This document shows, piece by piece, positions 26,628 to 64,000 of a stretch of DNA of 64,000 nucleotides (its first letter is position 1; each line of letters starts with the position of its first letter). The position numbers and the translations under genes are program-made. This stretch comes from Amoebidium appalachense (lineage: Eukaryota > Protista > Ichthyosporea). The stretch is from contig CAVNZM010000004.1 of NCBI GenBank assembly GCA_963693365.1, forward strand, positions 9,018,468 through 9,082,467. The letters are read 5' to 3'. The notes beneath the pieces are model-generated. The model did not search any database. It had not been told where the DNA came from and was given only the letters and a program-made list of their open reading frames with translations.

Positions 26628-27111
26628 ACCACCACCACCACCACCACCTGAATGTTTGCCTTTGCATGTGTCCTGCACCATGCTTCTCGTCGTGTATGCG
26701 TACTTCGTACCGTGTTCCGCATTAAACCCCCCCCCCCCCCCCCCCCACCACCACCACCATCACCACCACCACCACGATACACACACACACATGCTGCTGT
26801 ATGCTCAAATGTGTCTAACCACCGCACAACGCACATTGCACCAATCCGCAGAACTACAAAATGCTGCAGGGAGAGACGAATTCTTGCATGACCGTGCCGA
26901 CGTTTAGGGATCTTACACCCCCCGGACGTCCCTCTGTGGTTCCACAAACCAAGAATGAGTTGATGAGTGCATGGAGAGGAAAGAAGGTAGTGTTATGTTT
27001 TAAATGGGATATGCACGGAGGCATGGGATATGCACGGAGGCATGTTTTTGTCTGTTGGCGTGTATTTTAGGGCAGGCGGGTGGGTAGATGTGTGGTTTCG
27101 TATGTGTGTCA

Positions 27112-27190
<79 letters not shown>

Positions 27191-27382
27191 CCAAACTCTA
27201 AGCATACCCCTCCTCCTCCCCCCGCCTTCTCCCCCCCCTCCCCCCTCCCCCCTCCCCTCTCTGCACGTGAACCCCGTTTTTTTAAGGCGGTATAGGAGCC
27301 CCTGGTGATGGGGTCTTGCAAGTGTAGCATGCCTGTGCACTTTATTTGGCCTTATCCCTTCATCCCCTCTCTCCCCCGCTCT

Positions 27383-27441
<59 letters not shown>

Positions 27442-27693
27442 CCCCCTCCCCCCCACCCTCCCTTCCTTCCCGCCCCACCAAGTCCCCCCTCCCTTTCCCC
27501 CTCCCTCCCTCCCCCTCCTTCCCCCCTCCTCCCCTCCTCCCTCTCTTTCTTGCTCCTGTCCTCGATGTGCCTCGCCCTCTCACTTTCTCTCCCTCCGCTT
27601 AATTGTTTTGATTTTTGATTTCCCACGTTTGTGATGTTTTGTTGTTGCTTTTTGTTGTCTCCTCTATATTTCCAACCCTCTAACGCATACATC

Positions 27694-27741
<48 letters not shown>

Positions 27742-27787
27742 CCGCTCCCCCCATCTTGTCCTCCTCTCTGTGTCCATCTCTCTCTCG

Positions 27788-27826
<39 letters not shown>

Positions 27827-27939
27827 CTCTCTCCCTCTTTCACTGCCCCACCCTCCCTCTTTCTCGTCCCTCTCTCCCTCTCTCGTTTTTCTTCCTCCTC
27901 GCCCTCCTTTCTTGCCCCTTCCGTCTCCATCCCCCCCCC

Positions 27940-27970
<31 letters not shown>

Positions 27971-29878
27971 ACACTCCCTACCCACCCACCCCACATTCTG
28001 TCCACCCCTCTTCCTCTGCCGTCTCCACCTTTGCGCCTGCTCCCTCCCCCCCCCCCCCCCTCCCCCCCCCCCCTCCCCCCCCTCCCCTCCCCCCCCTCCC
28101 CCCCCCCCCCCCCCCGCCCCACCCGGCTGCCGCCCGCCCCAGCACACACACACACCACAACCACACCACCACGGTTACACACTCACACACCTGCACACAC
28201 CTCCGATCCCCTCATGTATGAGCTTACAAACCTGTTCGAGTGTGTTTTGATGATGAGCACATAGGGGTTGCATGTGCCCTTGATGGTTCTCTACCCTCAC
28301 ATTGTGCATTTGTCCTCGGGGAGGAAGAGGGGGAAGGGGGGAGGGGAGGGGGGGATGGGGGGCGCGGGAGGGGGGGAGGGAGGGAGGGGGGGGGGGGGTC
28401 GGAGGGGGTCGGTAGGTTACTTACTGTACGTGTGGGTGGGTTTGTTCTATACTGATTTGTGTGCACGAATGTTACTTAAGGCGAGAAAGTGTGTGATATT
28501 CTACCTACCAAGATGCTTTGTGTGGGGGTGTATGTGTGTGTATGCATGCCTCCCTGTCTACATGTGTTCGATATCATTTCTTTGTGCTTTCTTGGATTTC
28601 TATGTTTTGTTTCTGCAAATGAAAAGTTGCGGGGATCGAAGGGATAGGTTGTTTGTGTGCTTGCTTGCATACACGCGTATAGACGTTTCTTTGCATTGTT
28701 CCTACGTGTGTGTGATGGCTTTTTACCTCTGCAATGTGTTCCGGTGTATGGTTAGGCGACAGATCGAGTTTCTAGCTGTTTGTATGTTTGCAAGTGTTCA
28801 CCCAAGTATGCTCTCGTCTATAGTCGATGTGTGATGTGTGTTCACTCGAAAAGAAAGGGCCAACGCCCGCAAGTTTGTTCCCGGCATATTCTGAATTCAA
28901 GCCAAATCCAATACACCTCTTCTTCGCAAATCGTTTACTTAAGTTTTTTTTTTCTTTTTCACAGGTTGAACCATATGACGAAAAGCAACGCCCACACCAG
29001 GCCGTCGTAGATTTTGACAAATGGGCGACGGCGTGGAGTGACTACGAGGTACCTTACGAGTTCTTCTATGAGCCGTATTGCGTCATGAGCATGCGCAACA
29101 TCCCATACTTTGACAACCGCTTCAACTACTACGGGTTTGATAAGGCACAGCACGCTTTCCACCTTTTCCGGATGGGCTTCAAGTTCAAGGTGTGCATGTC
29201 CCTCGATCCAGGAGATGTTTTTCTGTTCCATATTACTAGTTTCTTAGTTGTTTTATTATATAGATTCCTTTTTTTTTTTTTTTTTTGGCGCACGCGCGCC
29301 AAAACTTCAGCGCACAAATTTGTATATTTGGCTAATCGGTGCGATCGCGCGCCCATTGTTGGCCCATACAAGAAATTTGGGGTGCGATATTCCTACTTTT
29401 TTTTTAGTTGTTGTTTTATATATCGTGTTGCTTTGGATTGCTGCCGTTGCGATCTGTGGCTGTTGGGGTCTGGTTTTGATGTGTTGTGACATGAGTAGTG
29501 ACATTCTCAGGTTTTGGAGTCTCCGAAGCTCTGAAACACCCATGTGGGTGCCTTTGCCCCCCCCCCCTCCCCCCCCCTCCCCCCCCCCCCCCCCCGGGTC
29601 CTCCCTGAGGAGGGGCTCTGCTTATGATGCATACTGTGCACATGGTTGATGTTGCATGCTTGAATGTTTGCATTTGCATGTGTCCTGCACCATGCTTCTC
29701 GTCGTGTAATCGTACTTCGTACCGTGTTCCGCATTCAAACCCCCTCCCCCTCCTGCATGCACAACTCTTTTTGCCATACTTGTCTGTCCGAATTTTGCAT
29801 ATCAGCTTTATGTCAACCGTTGTAGATTGTTCTGAATACCACATTCTTAACCCCCCCCCCCCCCCCCCCCCACCAACC

Positions 29879-29968
<90 letters not shown>

Positions 29969-30164
29969 CACAAACGCGAACACACAGACACCGCCGTCAC
30001 CACACAAACAATGCACACACACACGCACGCACGCACGCACACACACACACATTCACACACGCGCGCGCGCGTGCGCACACACACATATTCTCCTCATACC
30101 TTCATGATGATCTGTTCTTTGCTTCTGAGCCATGTTTTACACTTGTGGTTTGGGGGAAGAAGAG

Positions 30165-30199
<35 letters not shown>

Positions 30200-30200
30200 C

Positions 30201-30239
<39 letters not shown>

Positions 30240-30730
30240 GAGGGGGGAGGGAGGGGTGTGTGTGTGTCAAAGAACGGTGATAATTGGCCAGCATCCGAAT
30301 GGGTCTGTTCTATGAAAATGACATAGCTGCTTGCCAGCTCGTGGTTGTCATTATTGTTGTGGGGGAGAAACTAATGGAGGGGTTTAAGGCCATACCACAA
30401 CTATATTAGAGAGTGATGCACCTTGCCTGATCCCAAACCAACTGTTACAGCTAAGGAACAAACTTTGAAGTGTGTGGGACATACCACCACCACCAATAGT
30501 TACGACAGTAATAGTGCAACATTTCCTTCTCATAAATTTACATTCGGCAGCTAAAGAAAACAAGAGACTTACGTTATTGCTCTCAGGTGCTCAAGGATCA
30601 GTTTGTCGTCCACAAGAGCCATTCGTTGAGCCCGTGGGCTAAAAAGGACAAACAGGGAGAGCAGGACTGGCAGAAGACATGGTTTACTGACCTCTTTGAA
30701 CTATATATGGCAAGTAAGGGTGGTGCCTGA
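23687..30730 (+). CDS. LARGE/B4GAT1-like type II membrane glycosyltransferase: N-terminal GT-A-like domain + C-terminal GT49 domain, 5 exons
   Basis: Exons 23687-24848, 25054-25229, 26852-26986, 28965-29189, 30587-30730; phases are consistent. Signal anchor [17 protein letters not shown]49 motifs: [51 protein letters not shown]...[24 protein letters not shown]. Confidence 0.9.
25393..25508 (+). repeat. Diverged partial copy of structured intronic repeat family 1
   Basis: tgacgtgggtcccctctaggataggctctgcttattatgc...cacttcgta...cattcc(C)n resembles the 3' part of the 37511-37907 element read on the minus strand. Confidence 0.55.
26649..26726 (+). repeat. 5'-truncated copy of structured intronic repeat family 1
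   Basis: tgaatgtttgcctttgcatgtgtcctgcaccatgcttctcgtcgtgtatgcgtacttcgtaccgtgttccgcattaaa followed by a C-run; near-identical to the reverse complement of 37511-37590. Confidence 0.9.
29230..29420 (+). repeat. Dispersed intronic repeat family 2 (copy 1)
   Basis: gcgcgccaaaac...aaattt.tat..ttggctaatcggtgc.at.gcgcgc...ttgttgg.ccataca...tgcgatattcctacttttttt matches the reverse complement of 33703-33865. Confidence 0.8.
29596..29739 (+). repeat. 5'-truncated copy of structured intronic repeat family 1
   Basis: gggtcctccctgaggaggggctctgcttatgatgcatactgtg...cgtacttcgtaccgtgttccgcattcaaa, lying between C-runs. Confidence 0.9.
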
Positions 30731-32408
30731 TCGGCTGGTTTGGTAGTCTTAAGGCGAGTGTGCCCTTAGTAGGAGGGAGCTGACGATGGATATATAAATG
30801 CCTATATATGTGTGTGTATATGTACATGTAATATATAGAGATGTAGGTGATACGCTAGTGTTTGGCGAAAAGCCAGAAACTATTTCCTTTGGAACTGTGT
30901 ATGGGATGACGTTGAAGGCAAACTTTTCATTATGTTTGTAGGTGGGTGGTGAGGTAGGACGATGGGTTGCATACCGGTGCACGTGGGCAGTAGAGAATGC
31001 ACGGATCAGTTTACACACACACACACACGATCACACTCACACGCACACACATGCGCGCGCGCACACACGCACACGCACACATGCAGGCATACGTGTTTTG
31101 TGTTTTCGAATGTCCACCCTATATTGTTCACAGGAATATCAGCCTGACAGAGTGGACTCGGTGACATTGTGTTCTTTTTACTAGCCCCGATTGTCGTAGT
31201 AACTTGTGTGGGTGCATAACTAAACCGGAATGAATGCAAATCTAATACAGCCGCATCATATGCAAGGCATTATTTACTTTTGGTGCAAGTCAAGTGGTGA
31301 AGTTTTGACTCATGAATAGAGCATGCATTATGCATATGATCATGATCGATGCACGGTAGAAACATGGCTGCCAAAGCCGGGATGTTCATGTGATGTCTGC
31401 CTTTTAATATAAATTTAGGCATGGCTCTGATACGTTATGGCGTACAATATATTACTAGTACTGTTGTGGAATTTGGAGGGCCTAATGTTTGCTGATGTGT
31501 ATCTGTGTATGGGATGGCGTCGTGCATCGTACAGGCATGTAACATGTATTCACGTCGTCTGCATAACCAATCCCACGCCATACGCACGTGCACACAACCT
31601 TCACATGTGCATCATCGATATCAAAAAATAAAATGCAACCTTCAAATGCACTCGTGCGATATGTATGGTGACCGTTGCAGCTGGGCACTCAAGGAGGGAA
31701 AAAGAAAAAAGGGGGGGGGGGGGGGGGGGAGTTGATCATGAATGCATCATTATAAAATATATATTGTACGAAGTACTTGGACATGAACAACGGATAACAC
31801 GTTCAACTTGCAGAGTGCAAATCATGTATACATAAAGAGTATGCATAATAAGCGGGCCCATGAGGCCTCAGGGGAAGGGGGGTGGGGGCGGACTGGCGTG
31901 ATCCACTGCAGGTCACCGTGTTCGAATTCAATTATGCTTGCAAGTGGCCATGTGACGCAGTACGCTTCTGTGACATTGTCCTGTGTATGACCATTGCACA
32001 GTGCTTGTGCCATGTGTACATGTGCGTGTGTGTGTGTGCATGTGTACGTATCTTATGCGTGTGTACGTGTATGCACCTGCGGCCAGTCTACGTCGACAAC
32101 GTGATCTCGAGAGTGTGTGCATATGTATGTGTGTGGCTGGTGTTCAGCAATATCGGTGGCCGCTTTGGGCCCCCTGCAGGAGGGAGGGAGAGAGGGAGGG
32201 AGGCCGGGGGGAGGGGGGGGACGACTCGACGTGTGTAATATTAATATTAGCTTACGCCCAGGCAGGCGTCGGCAAAAGATACGGGTAGCCCAGCCTTAGG
32301 CTGACTGCTGCATTCTATTCCCACATCTAACATTTAAGCAACATCATGCCATGCAGTATCATGAAGCCTGCAGAAGCTGCTGCATTGGCAAGGCCCCAGC
32401 CACAGATC

Positions 32409-32445
<37 letters not shown>

Positions 32446-32721
32446 ACACACACACACCACCACCACCCACCCACCTACCCACCCACCCACCCAACCAACT
32501 ACCCATGGCAAGGTCCACCCAAAGGTTTGTGTGTCCAGGATTATTGTGTATGTTATTATTGTGCACGTTCACCAACCCCTATAACTGAGACTTTGTTGAA
32601 CTATGCTGCTCTACTTACACACAAACACGGCTCCCTCATCGAGTCACTGACTCGTAATCAAATCAAGAGCAAACATTTAAGGGACATCAATGCAACAAAA
32701 TCCATCTTGGTGTCGTTGAAA

Positions 32722-32772
<51 letters not shown>

Positions 32773-32839
32773 ACCCACCCACCCGCCCACACACAAAAAG
32801 AAGAAGAAAGAAAAATCAAAACAAGAATGCATAATATGT

Positions 32840-45963
<13,124 letters not shown>

Positions 45964-46465
45964 TTTCTCGCTAATTTGGCCCTCAGAAACAAGAAGTTAG
46001 AGTGGCTGTGTAGGGGTGAGCCCGAGTTGCTAGGGCGCGAGGGACTGAGCGTGCCACAAGGAGAGCGAAAACTTCTTGGCGCCAGATCTGAAAATATTGA
46101 AAGTCATGTGGTCAGGTTAGGCTGTCCGGTAATCAAACATAAAAGTAACCAGTTTCTACATCGCTTTAAATCATAATCCTGTAATCTATTTTTGGATTGG
46201 AGAAGTTTGATTTTGGACGAATCAATCTAAGGAGTTTACAGGAAAAGCTTATTCGGAGCTATCATTTGGGCTGAGGACTTCATAGATGCAGTGAAGTTCA
46301 GCGATTGTAATGGAACTTTGGCGAACGCCTCTTGGTTCTTGTCCAGTGGCTGAAAAGCCGCCTTCGCCCTTTGACTCATCGAGCAGTGACTTTTACGTTT
46401 GAGCATTTGGTCTTATAGGTAGGCTTGACACGCATCTAGTTTGACCTTTGGTCTTAAGCAGAACG
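45964..46465. promoter_or_regulatory. Probable bidirectional promoter between divergent ESRP-like and Deg protease genes
   Basis: 502 bp of microsatellite-free DNA between two head-to-head ATGs (45963 minus, 46466 plus); contains ATTGG (CCAAT-like). Confidence 0.5.
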
Positions 46466-57915
<11,450 letters not shown>

Positions 57916-58157
57916 TCAATTATGGGTTGTGATTTGTGCACACCCATATGATCATGATAATTAATGGCCGGCTAAGTTATTTGGCCCGGTGCTGTATAAG
58001 CTGTGCCTATACAGGCTGGTGGCGTATTTGCGTTGATCGCCACTGTCACCGGCCGTACGTGGCCGGAAATAAACAGTTATTAATTATTTTGTGTTATGTA
58101 TACACATGCTAGTGTTCATGATGATGCACGTGTGTGTGGCATGCACTCACAAAAAAT

Positions 58158-58202
<45 letters not shown>

Positions 58203-58972
58203 CTGGTCGGGGTCTATACACTGTTTGCACCTTACGATTCATAAGTTACGCACACCGAATGAAAGAAAATCTTGGCCCAGCCGCCAGTTTGAGCTACTTA
58301 TTAGCCTGGGGGCCTGCAAGTGCACGATCACTGTTCATTTTTGCCTCCCGGTATTCCAATAGGTGCCAATCACAATACTTGTTTATATTATTAGAGCATC
58401 CATTCATGGTTGGAGAGGTGTATCGATCATGAGACGCAAAAGGCAATTGCAACCCCTAAAAAATGTCTCGGTAGCTATATGTATCCTCAATGCACGTACG
58501 CGTCACAGCATGCACATGGGTTCGACATGATGAGATTCTATATGGTGTCTGACACTGTGGTACACTCAAGCCACCCACAGTGTCATGCGTGATCAGCACA
58601 CCTTAAAAATATTTTATTCTTTTCTTCCAGGTGCTTATAAATAACCAACACCATCTTAGCTGTCTAGCTACATAGCTACAACAGGAACAACTCTATCAGA
58701 CCTAGGTAACGCAATAATACACTGAGCAAAACATGCATATGCATTTTAATCTTAGCTACCCACTCAACTTTCCGCTAGCATCTCAACACGCGGATACAAG
58801 GAGAATAATCCATGCGCTGGGTAAAATATGACCTTATTTAATTAGCATTACTGATACACTAGCTTCACAAAGTCTTGAGCTTTCCAAATCACAGAGTTCA
58901 TTATTGCCCTATACAGGGGATACATAACTTAAAATCCGTCTTTCCCTCAAATCCATTGGTGCACAATACAAG

Positions 58973-59044
<72 letters not shown>

Positions 59045-59247
59045 GGACACAACAAATAGTTTCCATGTACTTTCGTGCGCGTTGCATTTCCACGCACACA
59101 CAAAGGATCGTTTCTCATCATCTAGTAATCAAAATTTGGACATTGGTACATAGGCAACCCTCGCACGTGCATTGTATGAACACTGCTGACGGTATCTTAC
59201 ACACCCACACCCACATACAAGCACCCACCCAAACACCCACACATGCA

Positions 59248-59318
<71 letters not shown>

Positions 59319-59490
59319 GGAGGTGGGGGGGGGGGGGGGGGGGGGGGGTAACGAGCCGTGAATCGAGGTCACCTCAATCACAACAATCTTTTCATGTTTT
59401 TACGTTCCTACAGCAAATCGATTATGTCATTAATTCAGCAGCACACATCGATATTCAACATATATTTAAAACAAAACAAAACGAAACACC

Positions 59491-59521
<31 letters not shown>

Positions 59522-59533
59522 AAAAAAAAAAAA

Positions 59534-59567
<34 letters not shown>

Positions 59568-59624
59568 GTGGGTGTCGGACAACATTCACTTCTGACCCTA
59601 CATGTGCCCGCTTGAAGTGCTTTT

Positions 59625-63557
<3,933 letters not shown>

Positions 63558-63796
63558 CTGTGGGGGGAGGGGGGAGGGGGTTGTGTGTGTGTGTGTGTGT
63601 TGGGGGGGGGGGGGGGGGGGGGAGGGGGGATTCAATAAGATGGCACCTTCATATGTAAACTGATATTATCTACCTGAGAAGAATTCGTCGCTTATGGCAC
63701 TACCAGCACAAGGGATCGGAAACATGAGCATTGTTCGCTTTGTGAAGTATTAGCTAGTGGTTCATTTTTCCATTTTTCTTTCTTTCTTTCTTATTG

Positions 63797-63907
<111 letters not shown>

Positions 63908-64000
63908 AGGGCGGCCGCGCAGAGGGGAGGGGGAGAGGGGGGAGGGGAGGGGGAGGGGGAGGGAGGGGGGGGGGGGTCAATATCTTCCGGAATCGAAGTG

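Overview
Eukaryotic, intron-rich genomic DNA. Introns and intergenic DNA are saturated with poly-G/poly-C tracts and (CA/TG)n and (GA/TC)n microsatellites, so almost all ORFs in the supplied track are low-complexity artefacts. Splicing GT-AG exons by hand, with phases checked, gives seven host genes: the 3' end of FEN1 (+); an intronless GT61/DUF563 glycosyltransferase (-); ZNF207/BuGZ (-); a two-domain LARGE/B4GAT1-like GT49 glycosyltransferase (+); an ESRP-like protein with a DEDDh-like domain plus 3 qRRMs (-); a plant DEG2/9/10-type HtrA protease (+); and the 3' half of PFKFB (-). There is also a decayed, intron-containing P-element/THAP9 transposase, several MITE-like elements and two dispersed intronic repeat families. 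Protein features suggest a unicellular opisthokont, possibly a holozoan (inference, not certain). The most notable leads are: (1) a ~400-bp highly structured intronic element, always sense to the host gene, with a shared 3' end followed by a C-run; (2) an ESRP-like protein whose exonuclease domain looks intermediate between active ERI1 and the degenerate animal ESRP domain; (3) introns that lack polypyrimidine tracts and have mutually complementary simple-repeat ends; (4) a triplicated exon end in the Deg gene that could act as mutually exclusive exons; (5) a LARGE-like GT49 fused to an apparently inactive GT-A-like domain. Two single-base homopolymer frameshifts indicate that the assembly probably contains homopolymer errors.
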